The notes: generated by a model not told the origin, from the letters alone. A stretch of 64,000 bases of DNA from Anaeromyxobacter sp. (GCA_049840735.1 JASGJN010000022.1:32001-96000); one strand, 5' to 3'. Counted from the first letter of the stretch, positions 9,220 to 19,669 are shown. Numbers and translations are program-made.

Positions 9220-10383
9220 TCAGTACATCGGCACCGACGGATCCACGTCCTCGCTCCAGCGCTGGATGCCGCCGGCCAGGTTCCAGACCTTGCCGAACCC
9301 GGCCGCCTGGAGCTGCCGCACCGCCCGCGCGCTGCGCACGCCGGCGTGGCAGTAGACCACCAGCTCGCGGCCGGGGTGGAGCGAGGCGATGGCCTCGGGG
9401 AAGGTGGAGAGCGGCAAGAGCCGCGCCCCCTCGATGCGGGCCAGGTCCCACTCGTCCGGCTCGCGCACGTCGACGAGGTCCAGGTCGTCGTGGCGCTCCA
9501 GCCGCGCGGCCAGCTCGGTGGGCGTGAGCGTGGGGATGGTGCTGCCCGCGGCCGGGACGGCGTCGCCGCAGAGCTGCGGGTAGTCGGCCAGGGCGGTGAG
9601 CTTCTCCGCCCCGCAGGCCGGGCAGCGCGGGTTCTTGCGCACCTGCAGCGTGCGGAAGGACATGCCCAGCGCGTCCACCAGCAGGAGCCGCCCCACCAGC
9701 GGCTCGCCGGCGCCCAGGACGAGCTTCACCGCCTCGGTGGCCTGCACCGTGCCCAAGAGCCCGGGCAGCACGCCCAGCACGCCGCCCTCGGCGCAGGACG
9801 GCACCGCGCCGGGGGGCGGCGGGGTCGGGTAGAGGCAGCGGTAGCAGGGGCCCCCGGGCGCGCAGAACACCGAGGCCTGCCCCTCGAAGCGGAAGATGGA
9901 GGCGTGGACGTTGGGCCGGCCGGTGAGCAGGCAGGCGTCGTTCACCAGGTAGCGGGTGGCGAAGTTGTCCGCCCCGTCCACCACCAGGTCGTAGCCGCGG
10001 AAGAGCTCCAGCGCGTTGTCGCGGGTGAGCGCCACGTCGTGCGGGATCACGTCCACGTGCGGGTTCACGTCCCGCAGCCGGTCGCGCGCCGACTCGACCT
10101 TCTTGCGCCCCAGGTCGCGCGTCCCGTGCAGCACCTGGCGCTGCAGGTTGGTCAGGTCCACCACGTCGAAGTCGACCACGCCCAGCGTGCCCACGCCGGC
10201 CGCGGCCAGGTAGAGCGCCGCCGGCGAGCCCAGCCCGCCCGCGCCCACCAGCAGCACGCGCGCGGCCTTGAGCCGCCGCTGCCCCTCCACGCCCACGTCC
10301 GGGATGGAGAGGTGGCGCGCGTAGCGCTGCGCCTCGTCGCGAGAGAGCGGCGGCAGCGTCCCCGGAGGTCCACCGATGGCCAT
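9220..10383 (-). CDS. moeB: MoeB/MoeZ-type adenylyltransferase (E1-like) with C-terminal rhodanese
   Basis: RYARH, GAGGLG, NLQRQ, CYRC/CPAC zinc sites, SCAEGGVLG, rhodanese DVRE...YCHAGVRS. Confidence 0.95.
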   Translation of the reverse strand: MAIGGPPGTLPPLSRDEAQRYARHLSIPDVGVEGQRRLKAARVLLVGAGGLGSPAALYLAAAGVGTLGVVDFDVVDLTNLQRQVLHGTRDLGRKKVESARDRLRDVNPHVDVIPHDVALTRDNALELFRGYDLVVDGADNFATRYLVNDACLLTGRPNVHASIFRFEGQASVFCAPGGPCYRCLYPTPPPPGAVPSCAEGGVLGVLPGLLGTVQATEAVKLVLGAGEPLVGRLLLVDALGMSFRTLQVRKNPRCPACGAEKLTALADYPQLCGDAVPAAGSTIPTLTPTELAARLERHDDLDLVDVREPDEWDLARIEGARLLPLSTFPEAIASLHPGRELVVYCHAGVRSARAVRQLQAAGFGKVWNLAGGIQRWSEDVDPSVPMY

Positions 10384-10386
10384 GCC

Positions 10387-10663
10387 CTAGCCTCCCGCCA
10401 GCGCCGGCACGACCACCAGCTCGGCGCCGTCCCGCGCCGCGGTTCTCGAGCCCCTGCTGGAAGCGGACGTCCTCGCCGTCCAGGTAGAAGAGCACGTATG
10501 GCAGGGGCTGGCCGTCGGGCGCGCGCAGCCGCGGGGCCAGCTCCGGGAAGCGCGCAGTCAGGACGGTGAGCGCCTCACCCACGGTGGCGGCGGCCACGCG
10601 GTGCGCGGCCTGACCCCCGGCGGCGCGGGCGAGCAGCGAGGGGAGGCGGACGGTGACCGGCAT
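10387..10663 (-). CDS. MoaD/ThiS ubiquitin-like sulfur carrier, +1 frameshift at about 10443
   Basis: MPVTVRLPSLL...GEDVRFQQGLE; removing one A gives ...DGAELVVVPALAGG* (C-terminal GG). Confidence 0.85.
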
Positions 10664-10722
10664 GCCCGTTTCCTAGCACGGCTGGCCGGGCGGCGCCCTT
10701 CGAGTTCGCCTGCCCTGGAGAC

Positions 10723-12192
10723 CTAGCCGCCGCCGCGCCGTGCCGCGCGCTCCGCCCGCGCCCGCCGCCGCTCCAGCCAGCGCAGCGCCGCCGCCGCAGC
10801 GTGCGCCCCGCACATGCCGTGGACCCCACCGCCGGGCGGCGTCGAGGCGGAGCAGAGGAACAGCCCTGGCACCGGCGTGGTCCAGGGCGAGACGCTGGGC
10901 ACCGGGCGGGCCAGGAGCTGGCGCAGGCTGTTCTCGCCCCCGCCCACGTCGCCGCCCACCAGGTTGGGATCGTCCGCCTCCAGCGCCGCCGGCCCGCGCG
11001 CGGCCCGCGCCAGGATCAGGTCGCGGAAGCCGGGCGCGAACCGCTCCACCTGCGCCTCCACCTTGGCGGTGACGTCGCCGGCGTAGCCGTGCGGCACGTG
11101 GGCGTAGGCCCAGGCCACGTGCCGGCCGGGCGGCGCGCGCGACGGGTCGAACAGCGTGGGCTGCGCCAGCAGCACCACCGGCCGCTCCGGCATGTCGCCG
11201 CGCGCCACCGCCGCCTCGGCCGCCGCCAGCTCCTCCAGCGTGCCGCCCAGGTGGACGGTGCCGGCCAGCGCGCACTCCTTGGCGCGCCAGGGGATGGGGC
11301 CGGAGAGCGCCCAGTCCAGCTTGAAGGCACCCGGCCCGTACCGGAACGCGCGCAGCCGGCGCGCGTAGCGGGCCGGCAGCCGCGCCCCGGCCACCGCCAG
11401 CACCTGGCGCGGCGCCAGGTCGAGCAGCGTGGCGCCGCCGCCGGGGAGCTCGTCCAGCGAGCGCACCTCCACGCCGGCGCGCACCGCGCCGCCCGCCTCC
11501 GCCAGCAGCGCCACCAGCGCGTCGGTGATCCGCCCCGCGCCGCCCTGCGGGAAGGGCCAGCCCACCGCGTGGCCGGCGGCGGCCAGGACCAGGCCGAAGG
11601 AGGCCGAGCCCCTGGCCTCCAGCGGCCGGAGCGCGTGGGCGGCGATGCCGGCGAAGAGCGCCTGCGCCCGCGGTCCGCGGAAGCGGCCGCGGGCCAGCCC
11701 GGCCGCCGAGGCCAGCGCCGGCAGGCCGAAGCGCGCCAGCAGGAGCGGGCGGCGCGGCCAGTGGAGCAGCGCGCCCAGCGTCTCGTCCAGGAGCTCGTCG
11801 AAGGCCAGCGCCAGCGGCCCCAGCAGCGCCGTCCAGGCGCGGCCGTCCGCTCCCAGGCCCGCGGCCGTCTCCGCCAGCGAGGGCACGAGCAGCGCGGCCG
11901 TGCCGTCGTCGAAGGGGTGGGCCAGCGCCGCCGGCGGCTCCATCCAGCGCAGGCCGTGGGCCGCCAGCGGCAGGCGCCGGAAGAGCGGCGAGGCCACCGC
12001 CAGCGGGTGGACCGCCGAGCAGTGGTCGTGCAGGAACCCGGGCAGCGTGAGCGGCAGCGTCCGCGCCCCGCCGCCCGGCTCGGCCGCGCGCTCCAGCACC
12101 TCGACCCGCACCCCGGCCTGCGCCAGCACCAGCGCCGCCGAGAGGCCGTTCGGTCCGGCGCCGACGACCGTGGCGGAAGGGGTGGGCACCAC
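10723..12192 (-). CDS. Phytoene-desaturase-like NAD(P)/FAD-dependent oxidoreductase
   Basis: VVGAGPNGL, GGGART, DHCSAVHP, CSASTPPGGGVHGMCG. Confidence 0.9.
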   Translation of the reverse strand: MVPTPSATVVGAGPNGLSAALVLAQAGVRVEVLERAAEPGGGARTLPLTLPGFLHDHCSAVHPLAVASPLFRRLPLAAHGLRWMEPPAALAHPFDDGTAALLVPSLAETAAGLGADGRAWTALLGPLALAFDELLDETLGALLHWPRRPLLLARFGLPALASAAGLARGRFRGPRAQALFAGIAAHALRPLEARGSASFGLVLAAAGHAVGWPFPQGGAGRITDALVALLAEAGGAVRAGVEVRSLDELPGGGATLLDLAPRQVLAVAGARLPARYARRLRAFRYGPGAFKLDWALSGPIPWRAKECALAGTVHLGGTLEELAAAEAAVARGDMPERPVVLLAQPTLFDPSRAPPGRHVAWAYAHVPHGYAGDVTAKVEAQVERFAPGFRDLILARAARGPAALEADDPNLVGGDVGGGENSLRQLLARPVPSVSPWTTPVPGLFLCSASTPPGGGVHGMCGAHAAAAALRWLERRRARAERAARRGGG

Positions 12193-12354
12193 GTACCTCT
12201 AGCCGCGCTGCAACTCCGTCGCAGCCGCTTTGGGCGCGACCCAGGGAGCAACCCCGGGAGAACCTCCCGCGCCTGGCCGCCGCGCTCCGGGTGGGCCAAC
12301 CGCGCGTCGCGCGCGGACTGGCCGAGGTTGCACCTTTCGTGTACGCACGAGGGC

Positions 12355-15060
12355 ATGCCCACGCGCCTCGTCGCCCTGGCCCTCGCGGCCCTGCTCCCTT
12401 CCTCCGCGCTCGCCGTCACGTACAAGCCGCAGGGGAAGCCGGTCCCGTACCAGGGCTTCCACGCCCAGTTCCCCTCCGGGATGCAGCTGGTGGTCTACGA
12501 GATGCCGTCGGTGGACCGCTTCACCGTCACCCTCTCCTACGGCTCCGGCCAGATGCACGACCCGGCCGGAAAGGAAGGGCTGGCCCACCTCGCCGAGCAC
12601 CTGGCGTTCCGGAGCATCCCGTCCTGGACCGGCAGCGTGAGCGCCTGGGATTGGCTCACCCGCGGCGGCTACCAGTTCAACGCGTTCACCGACCAGGACC
12701 GGACCGACTACTGGATCAAGGGCAAGCCCGCCGAGCTCCGCCTGGCCCTGCTCCTCGAGGCGGCGCGGATGCGCGACCCGCTGGCCGGCGTCACCGAGGA
12801 CGACGTGTCCATCGAGCGCGACGTATTGGTGAGCGAGTACCGCCAGCGCTTCGAGACCGTCGATCACGGTCCGGAGGTGGACTGGGTGCTGGAGCAGGCC
12901 TTCCCCGGCCACCCCTTCGGCAAGGCGCACGAGGCGCCGGAGACCGTTCGCGGCCTGACGCTGGCCGACGCGGCCGCCTTCACGAAGCAGCACTACCGGC
13001 CGGAGAACGCCATCCTGGTGGTGATCTCGCCGCGCAAGGCCAAGGAGGTGGCGGCGCTGGTGACCGACGTCTTCGGCGAGCTGGCCGTCCCGAAGGAGGG
13101 CGCGCCCCGGCAGCCGCTGACGCCGGCCTTCGCGCCGCTGCCCGCGGCCAAGGAGCGGAAGCCGGTCACCCGCACCGCCCCGGTGACCTCGCCGGTGGTC
13201 TGGGTGGCGTGGCCCACGCCGGGCGCGACCGCCAAGCGCGATCCGCAGGGGCACGCGGTGGCCGACGCCGTGGGCGGGCGGTTCATCCATGACCTGTACG
13301 AGGCCTACAACTACACGGCGTCGAACATGATCGCCGGGTACGAGAACGGCTTCTACTCCTGGAACGGCGCCGGGATGGTCTGGGTGCGCGTGCAGCTCGG
13401 GCCAGGCGGTAACGTGGACAAGGTGGTGGAGGCCATCAAGACGGCCGCGTTCGAGGTCCGCACCGCCAACACCTCCGAGGCCGCGCGCTACACCCGCGAC
13501 GACCTGCTGATGAAGAGCTACCTGTCGCTGGAGAGCATCGACGGGTCGGCGGTGGCCAAGTTCCTGCGGGCCACCGGCATGCCGGACTACCTGCAGGCGT
13601 GGCAGCGCATGGTGGCGCTGCAGCTCAAGACCGACGCCAGCAACTACGCGGCGGAGTACCTGACCCGCGAGCGCGCCGCGGTGGTGGTGATCAAGCCGGA
13701 CCAGAACGCGCTGGCCCGGTCCCTGGTGGCGGGAGGCGGGCCTCGCGAGGACCTGGGCGAGGCGGGGGAGGTGACCGGCGTGGCCTCGCTGGTCCCGCCG
13801 GTGGCGCCAGGGCTGGGCAAGGCCGAGCGGCGGACGCTCGCCAACGGCCTCGAGGTGGTGGTGATCCAGCGGGGCTCGCTGCCGGTGGCGGAGCTCCGGC
13901 TGCTGGTGCGCACGGGCGTCACCGGCACGCCGCAGGCGCCGGCCGGCATCGCCGAGGTGGCGCTCGGCTCCAACGTGGCCAAGTTCGCGGCCCGCGGCCA
14001 GTGGCTCACGGCCAGCCAGGAGACCACGACCAGGGGTCCGGAGGAGGTGATCCGGATCGTGCGGGGATCCAGCGCCAACCTCGACGCCCTGCTCACGGGC
14101 ATCGGCAGCTGGGCCGGCGACCAGCAGGCGCGCTACTTCGATCAGATGAAGGAGACGCAGCGGGGCATCGTGAGCACGCTGGAGCGCGAGCCCACCTGGC
14201 GGGCCGGCACCCTGCTCCGGGCCGCGCTCTACCCGGGGCACGCCTACGGCCAGCAGCTGAGCCTGGCCTCCATCTCCAAGATCTCGGCCGGCGACGCCGA
14301 CCGCTGGCTCTCCACCGAGATCCGGCCGGACCGCGCCACGCTGCTGCTGGTGAGCGATCAGGCGCCCACGCCGGAGCTGTGGAAGGCCATCGAGGAGGCC
14401 ATGGGCGGGTGGCACAAGGGCGGCACCCCGCGGCCGGCCACGCCGGCGCCCGCGCTCCCCGCCGGCCGGATGGTGGTGCTGCTGGACCGGCCCGGCGCCA
14501 GCCAGGCGCTGTTCTACCTGGGCGTCCGCGCCCCACCGCCGCGCGAGCGGGACGAGGCCGCCGGCGCCGCCCTGCGCTGGACCCTCGACACCCGGCTCAA
14601 CACGCGGCTGCGCGTCGAGGAGGGCGTCTCCTACGGCTTCCACAGCGCCTGGGAGGACCTGCCCTCGGCAGGGGCCCTGGTGATCGCGCTGGCGGTGGAC
14701 CGGGACGCGGCGGCCACCTCGCTCACGACCATCCTCGACGCCACCAGGGACCTGGCGGCGAAGCCGCTGGAGCTGCCGCAGCTGGCGGCCGCGCGCCACG
14801 TGGTGGCCCGCGAGTACGCGTTCCGCTACGACACCGTCGGCGGCGTCTCCGAGGCCCTCACCGACGCGGCCCGGTACGGCCGGGCGCCCGGCTACGAGGA
14901 CGACCTGGCGGCCTCGATCGCAGGGCTCACCGCCGAGCGCGTCCAGGCCACCGCCGGCACGCTGGCGCTGGGCAAGGAGGCCATCGTGGTGATGGGTGAC
15001 GCCGCCACCGTCCGCCCGCAGCTGGAGAAGGCCGGGTTCACGGTCGAGGTGGTGAAGTAG
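12355..15060 (+). CDS. Secreted M16 (pitrilysin/insulinase) zinc peptidase
   Basis: Signal peptide MPTRLVALALAALL, inverted zinc motif GLAHLAEHL, FNAFT, HYRPENA, and a second inactive half with LRVEEGVSYG. Confidence 0.9.
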   Translation: MPTRLVALALAALLPSSALAVTYKPQGKPVPYQGFHAQFPSGMQLVVYEMPSVDRFTVTLSYGSGQMHDPAGKEGLAHLAEHLAFRSIPSWTGSVSAWDWLTRGGYQFNAFTDQDRTDYWIKGKPAELRLALLLEAARMRDPLAGVTEDDVSIERDVLVSEYRQRFETVDHGPEVDWVLEQAFPGHPFGKAHEAPETVRGLTLADAAAFTKQHYRPENAILVVISPRKAKEVAALVTDVFGELAVPKEGAPRQPLTPAFAPLPAAKERKPVTRTAPVTSPVVWVAWPTPGATAKRDPQGHAVADAVGGRFIHDLYEAYNYTASNMIAGYENGFYSWNGAGMVWVRVQLGPGGNVDKVVEAIKTAAFEVRTANTSEAARYTRDDLLMKSYLSLESIDGSAVAKFLRATGMPDYLQAWQRMVALQLKTDASNYAAEYLTRERAAVVVIKPDQNALARSLVAGGGPREDLGEAGEVTGVASLVPPVAPGLGKAERRTLANGLEVVVIQRGSLPVAELRLLVRTGVTGTPQAPAGIAEVALGSNVAKFAARGQWLTASQETTTRGPEEVIRIVRGSSANLDALLTGIGSWAGDQQARYFDQMKETQRGIVSTLEREPTWRAGTLLRAALYPGHAYGQQLSLASISKISAGDADRWLSTEIRPDRATLLLVSDQAPTPELWKAIEEAMGGWHKGGTPRPATPAPALPAGRMVVLLDRPGASQALFYLGVRAPPPRERDEAAGAALRWTLDTRLNTRLRVEEGVSYGFHSAWEDLPSAGALVIALAVDRDAAATSLTTILDATRDLAAKPLELPQLAAARHVVAREYAFRYDTVGGVSEALTDAARYGRAPGYEDDLAASIAGLTAERVQATAGTLALGKEAIVVMGDAATVRPQLEKAGFTVEVVK

Positions 15061-15160
15061 CGAAACCGGCCCGGCCCTCGACGGGCGCGGGCCGGGCCTC
15101 GAGGCTGCCGCGCAGCCCGGGACGGTCCCCACCGCCCCGGGCCGCGCGTCCTCCCCCCGC

Positions 15161-17590
15161 TCACCAGAAGTGCACGCGCACCCGGTAGGTGCCGCTGGGC
15201 GCGCCGGCCGCGCGGGCCGGGCTGCGGAAGCCGGCCAGGGCCTTCTCCACCTCGGCCCGCAGGCCCGCGGCCCCCTCCAGCAGCTCCACCTTGACCGCGC
15301 CGCTCGCGTCGATCGTGAGCCGGAGCACCAGCTCGGCGTGGCCGGGGTGGCGGGCCGCCACCGGCGCCAGCGCACGGGTCAGGGCCAGCGCCAGCGCGCC
15401 CGGATCATCGAGGTGGGCCGCCTGGACACCGCTGAGGTGCACCGGCGGCGCGGGCTTGCTGGCCTTGGCGTCCGCCTTGTCCTGGGCCAGGGGCTCGGCG
15501 GCCACGGCGGCCTCCTTCGCGACCATCGGCGCGGGGGGCGGCGACGCCGCAGGCGCCATCGGCATGGGCGCACCGCGCCGGTACGCCAGGCCGAGGTAGC
15601 CGTTGACGGACCCGGCGCCCCCGACGGCCCGGTCGGACACGCCGTCCGGCAGCGGCAGCGGCTGCTTCACCTGCTCGCCGGCGCCACCCTTGTTGACCAC
15701 CTCCGAGTCCACCGCCACGAACGAGGTGAGCGGCGTGAGCAGCCGGTAGGTGAGCCCCAGCGACGTGACCGCCTCGTCGAGCTCATGCGACGCCCCCATG
15801 GCGCGCTCGTCCTGGAGCAGGTCCACCCAGCGGCGCGCCCAGAGCACCCGCAGCGGCGCGTTCTCCGCCGTCGCCGCGGCGGCGCCCAGGTCAACCTCCT
15901 GCCGGAAGGGGCCGCGCGCCGACTGCGCCTCCACCACGATCTTGCCGCGCGGCGCGCCGCGGTAGCGGCCCAGCAGCACCACCGGCCGCTCCGCCAGCAG
16001 GTCAGGCAGCGCGCCGGGCAGCACGTCGGAGACCTCCACCCCCTCCGGATGCCAGCGGAGCTGCGAGAGGACCGGCGCGGAGATGATCCGCTCCAGCCGC
16101 TCGGCGGCGGCGCGGGCGCCCTGGGGCGAGGTGACCACGGTGGCCTCGCCCTGGCCGGCCCGCGCCAGCCCCTCGATGAGGGCGCGATTGACCGAGGAGC
16201 CGATGCCGAAGGCGAAGCAGCTGGCCTCGCCCAGCCGCTCGCGCACGCGGCGGAAGGCCTGGGCCTCCACCATCACGTAGCCGTCGGTCACCACCACGAT
16301 GGAGCGGGCGATGCGGCGGTCGGCGCGCGGCAGCGCGTAGGCGGTGTCGAGCGCCTGCAAGAGCTCGGTCCCGCCGCCGCCCTCCTGGCGCCGGAACGCG
16401 TCCAGCGCGCGCCGCACGTTCTCCGGCGTGGCCGCCAGCGAGGCCGCGGGCGAGAGCACCCAGGAGCCGCCGGAGAAGAAGACCAGGTTGAACCGGTCGG
16501 TCGGGCGCAGCCGCGGGAGCAGGTCCTCCATCAGCGCGCGGGCGGTGTCGAGCGGGAAGCCGTGCATGGAGCCGGAGACGTCCAACACGAAGACGTACTC
16601 GCGCGGCGGGAGCTGGTCCGGCGCCACGCGCGCCGGCGGCTCCACCGTGGCCATGAACCAGCCGCCCTCGCCGCCCGGATCCGGGAACACCAGCCCCCCG
16701 GCCTCGACCGCGTCGCCGGAGAGCCGCCAGCGCAGGATCACGTCGCGGTCGCCGCCGCCCGGGCCGCGCAGCGCCACGTCGGCGCTGCGGGGGCCGCGCC
16801 AGGTCACGTCCACCGGGTGCGAGGGGGAGGCGAGGTCGCGCATGGGGAGGGCCGAGGCGAGGTGGGCGGCGAAGCCGAAGCCGTAGGGCGCGGGCTCGCC
16901 CTGGTGCAGCGTGGGGTTGGCGGCCCAGCCGTCGCCCGGGCCGGCGCCGCCGGCGTACCGCGGCCCGACCACCGCCGGGTAGACCAGCTCGTAGATGCCC
17001 TGCTCCGGCACCAGCAGCTCGGAGTACTCCAGCACCGCCACCAGCCGGTCGCCGGGCATGACGTTGGCGACGTGCATGGTGAAGACGTTGGGCCGCTCCT
17101 CGTCCAGCAGCGCGGTCCGCTTCCCCTCGGCCTTGGCGGCCTCGTAGGTGGCGCGGGCCTCGGCGCGGCGCTGGATCACCGCCTCGACGACGCGCGCGCC
17201 GATCTCGAGCCGCATGCCGTGGACGGCGGCGCGGGTGGAGGCGGGGAAGACGTAGATGGCCTCGATGGGCTTCGCGCCGCGGTTGCGGAACACCTGGCGC
17301 ACGGTGACCCGGGCGATGGGGCCGGCCACGGTCACGTCGGCCCGGGTCTCCTCCAGCGGCAGCCGCTCGGCCTCGCCGCTCCCCTCACCCGCCACCACGA
17401 AGCAGGGCGCGCTGGAGTGGGCTGGCCCCTCGCCGCCCGGCGCCGGCTGGTAGACGCCCCCCGGCCGCGCCTCGGCGTGGCGCAGCACCTCGCGCAGCGG
17501 CGGGGCCTTGGGCGCGGGAGCGGATCCGGCCTGCGCCGACGGCAGGAATGCCAGGCTGAGAAGTCCCAGGAACAACGCTCGACGGGTCAT
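15161..17590 (-). CDS. Secreted VIT + vWA domain protein
   Basis: Signal peptide MTRRALFLGLLSLAFLPSAQA. VIT (IEAIYVFPASTRAAV, NVFTMHVANVMPG), MIDAS VLDVSGSM, and TSFVAVD. Confidence 0.9.
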   Translation of the reverse strand: MTRRALFLGLLSLAFLPSAQAGSAPAPKAPPLREVLRHAEARPGGVYQPAPGGEGPAHSSAPCFVVAGEGSGEAERLPLEETRADVTVAGPIARVTVRQVFRNRGAKPIEAIYVFPASTRAAVHGMRLEIGARVVEAVIQRRAEARATYEAAKAEGKRTALLDEERPNVFTMHVANVMPGDRLVAVLEYSELLVPEQGIYELVYPAVVGPRYAGGAGPGDGWAANPTLHQGEPAPYGFGFAAHLASALPMRDLASPSHPVDVTWRGPRSADVALRGPGGGDRDVILRWRLSGDAVEAGGLVFPDPGGEGGWFMATVEPPARVAPDQLPPREYVFVLDVSGSMHGFPLDTARALMEDLLPRLRPTDRFNLVFFSGGSWVLSPAASLAATPENVRRALDAFRRQEGGGGTELLQALDTAYALPRADRRIARSIVVVTDGYVMVEAQAFRRVRERLGEASCFAFGIGSSVNRALIEGLARAGQGEATVVTSPQGARAAAERLERIISAPVLSQLRWHPEGVEVSDVLPGALPDLLAERPVVLLGRYRGAPRGKIVVEAQSARGPFRQEVDLGAAAATAENAPLRVLWARRWVDLLQDERAMGASHELDEAVTSLGLTYRLLTPLTSFVAVDSEVVNKGGAGEQVKQPLPLPDGVSDRAVGGAGSVNGYLGLAYRRGAPMPMAPAASPPPAPMVAKEAAVAAEPLAQDKADAKASKPAPPVHLSGVQAAHLDDPGALALALTRALAPVAARHPGHAELVLRLTIDASGAVKVELLEGAAGLRAEVEKALAGFRSPARAAGAPSGTYRVRVHFW

Positions 17591-17636
17591 GCGGCCTCCG
17601 GGCGGGCCGAAAGGGGCCGCGCCGTACGCTTCCTTG

Positions 17637-17719
17637 AACGAGCGGAGGCCCATTCCGATCTAGACTGCGCGCGCCGGGCCCCCGGGCGCGGCGAGAGATC
17701 CATTCCCCGCCCCGCGCGT
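17637..17719. promoter_or_regulatory. Back-to-back putative ECF promoters GATC-N15/16-CGTT
   Basis: Minus strand 17660-17637 (GATC-N16-CGTT) and plus strand 17697-17719 (GATC-N15-CGTT). Confidence 0.4.
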
Positions 17720-17750
17720 TCCGCCTGCGGGGGCACCGAGAGACCGGACC

Positions 17751-18347
17751 TTGGACGAGAGCGACGAGAGGCTGATGCTCCGGTTCCAGGGCGGTGATGC
17801 CCGGGCCTTCGAGGTGCTCGTGCGCCGTCACCGGACGCCCGTCTTCTCCTTCCTGCTGCGGCTCACGGGCGACCGCGGGCGCGCCGAGGACCTGTGCCAG
17901 GAGGCCTTCCTGAAGGTGGTGAAGGCCTCCGGCAGCTGGGAGGAGCGGGCGCGGTTCACCACCTGGCTCTACTCGATCGCCCGCAACCTGGCGGTGGACG
18001 AGTCCCGGCGGCAGGCCTTCCGCCGGGCGGAGCCGCTGGACGGGCCGGGCGTCCGCGAGCGGCCGGACGAGGGCACCCCAGCGCCGGACCGGGCGGCCGA
18101 CGCCGCGCTGCTGCGGCCGCGGCTGGAGGCGGCGCTGGCGGCCATCCCGGAGGAGCAGCGGGAGGTGTTCCTGCTGCGGGAGCACGCCGGGCTGCGCTTC
18201 GGGGAGATCGCCGAGGTGACCGGCGTGGCCGAGGGGACGGTGAAGAGCCGCATGCGCTATGCGCTGGAGGCGCTGCGGGTGCAGCTCGAGGCCATGGGGG
18301 TGGGGCCGGATGGCGAGGCCGTCCCGCCCAGGAGCGCGGTGTCATGA
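17751..18347 (+). CDS. ECF RNA polymerase sigma factor
   Basis: AEDLCQEAF, FTTWLYSIARN, EIAEVTGVAEGTVKSRMRYA; TTG start. Confidence 0.95.
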   Translation: MDESDERLMLRFQGGDARAFEVLVRRHRTPVFSFLLRLTGDRGRAEDLCQEAFLKVVKASGSWEERARFTTWLYSIARNLAVDESRRQAFRRAEPLDGPGVRERPDEGTPAPDRAADAALLRPRLEAALAAIPEEQREVFLLREHAGLRFGEIAEVTGVAEGTVKSRMRYALEALRVQLEAMGVGPDGEAVPPRSAVS

Positions 18348-19624
18348 GCCACGAGACCTTCCGCGAGCAGCTGCTCGACCTCGCCTACGGCGAGCTGCCC
18401 CGCCGCGCCGCCCGGGCGGTGGAGAAGCACGTGGCCGGCTGCGCCGAGTGCCGCGCCGAGCTGGAGCGGATGCGCGGCACGCGCAAGCTCATGTCCGGGC
18501 TGGGGCCGGTCCCGGCGCCACCGGAAGGCGAGGGCATCCTGCTGGCTGCGGCGCGCGAGGCGGCGCGCCAGCGGGTGCGGCCGGCGCCCATCCTGCCGGG
18601 CTGGCTCTGGGGCAGCGCGCTCGCCGCGGCGGGGCTGGCGGCGGTGGTGGCGCTCACCTACCGGACGCTGGACGAGCTCTCGCCCACCGTTCGCACGGAG
18701 CAGCTGCGCGCGCGCGAGCTTGCGGCCCCGCCGGCCCAGGACGACGCCGGCTCGCAGCAGCCGGCGGCGGCGGTGGCCGCAGAGCCGCTCCAGGACGCGC
18801 TTGCGGCGGATGTGGATCGCCACGCGGCGCCGCCGCCCCCTGCAGCGCCGCCGCCGAAGGCCCTGGCCAAGGGGGCACCGGCCCCGGCCCAGGCTGCGCC
18901 GGCCGCGCCGAAGCCGGCCAGGCCCGCGCCTCCGGCGCCGGTCGCGCAGGCGGCGCCGACGGAGGCGGAGGAGGACGTCGCGCAGGAGGCGCAGCTCTAC
19001 CACCGCGGTGCGGCCGAGAAGAAGGAGGCGCCCGCGCCGAGCGCGGACGCCAGCCCCATGGCCCGCTCTGCGGGCGGTGCGGTGGACAAGGCGGACAGGT
19101 ACGCTCCGCCGCCGCCCCCCGCCGTAGCCGAGGCGCCGGCTCCTGCCGCGGCCGCCAACGGCTCCGAGCTCCACGGCTACGTCGGGCTCCAGCCGGACGC
19201 GGAGCAGCGGCGCAGGGTCGCCAGCAAGCCCGCGCCTCCCGCCGCCGCAGCCGCCGCGCCGGCCGGGGCCGAGGATCCCATCGCCCGCCACGCGCGGCTG
19301 CGCGTGCTGGGGCGGCTGGTGGCGGACCACCGCACCTTCCCCGGCTGCGAGGGGGAGCAGGAGCGGATCGTGGAGCGCGAGCAGGGCGGCGCCACCGTCC
19401 GGCTGGTCCGCCGCGGGGCGGTCGGCGGCACCGCCTACGAGCTGGAGCTGTTCTACTCGGACGGCGGCGCCCTGGCGGCGGCGCGCTACCGCGAGGGCGC
19501 CGGGCCGGTGCGCGAGGTGCGGCTTTCGGGGGCGGCCTCCCCCGGCGCCGTGCCGCCCGAGCTGCTGGTGCCGCGGACGGCGGCCGAGGCCACGCTCGAC
19601 GCGCCGCCACGCTGCACTCGCTGA
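18344..19624 (+). CDS. Zinc-binding (zf-HC2/ZAS) transmembrane anti-sigma factor
   Basis: ATGA overlap with the sigma gene, HVAGCAEC motif, one TM helix, Pro/Ala-rich linker and a C-terminal periplasmic domain. Confidence 0.9.
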   Translation: MSHETFREQLLDLAYGELPRRAARAVEKHVAGCAECRAELERMRGTRKLMSGLGPVPAPPEGEGILLAAAREAARQRVRPAPILPGWLWGSALAAAGLAAVVALTYRTLDELSPTVRTEQLRARELAAPPAQDDAGSQQPAAAVAAEPLQDALAADVDRHAAPPPPAAPPPKALAKGAPAPAQAAPAAPKPARPAPPAPVAQAAPTEAEEDVAQEAQLYHRGAAEKKEAPAPSADASPMARSAGGAVDKADRYAPPPPPAVAEAPAPAAAANGSELHGYVGLQPDAEQRRRVASKPAPPAAAAAAPAGAEDPIARHARLRVLGRLVADHRTFPGCEGEQERIVEREQGGATVRLVRRGAVGGTAYELELFYSDGGALAAARYREGAGPVREVRLSGAASPGAVPPELLVPRTAAEATLDAPPRCTR

Positions 19625-19669
19625 GTGGCCGGGGCTGCCGGCGGCGCCGGGGCGAAGGACCTTGCGGGC

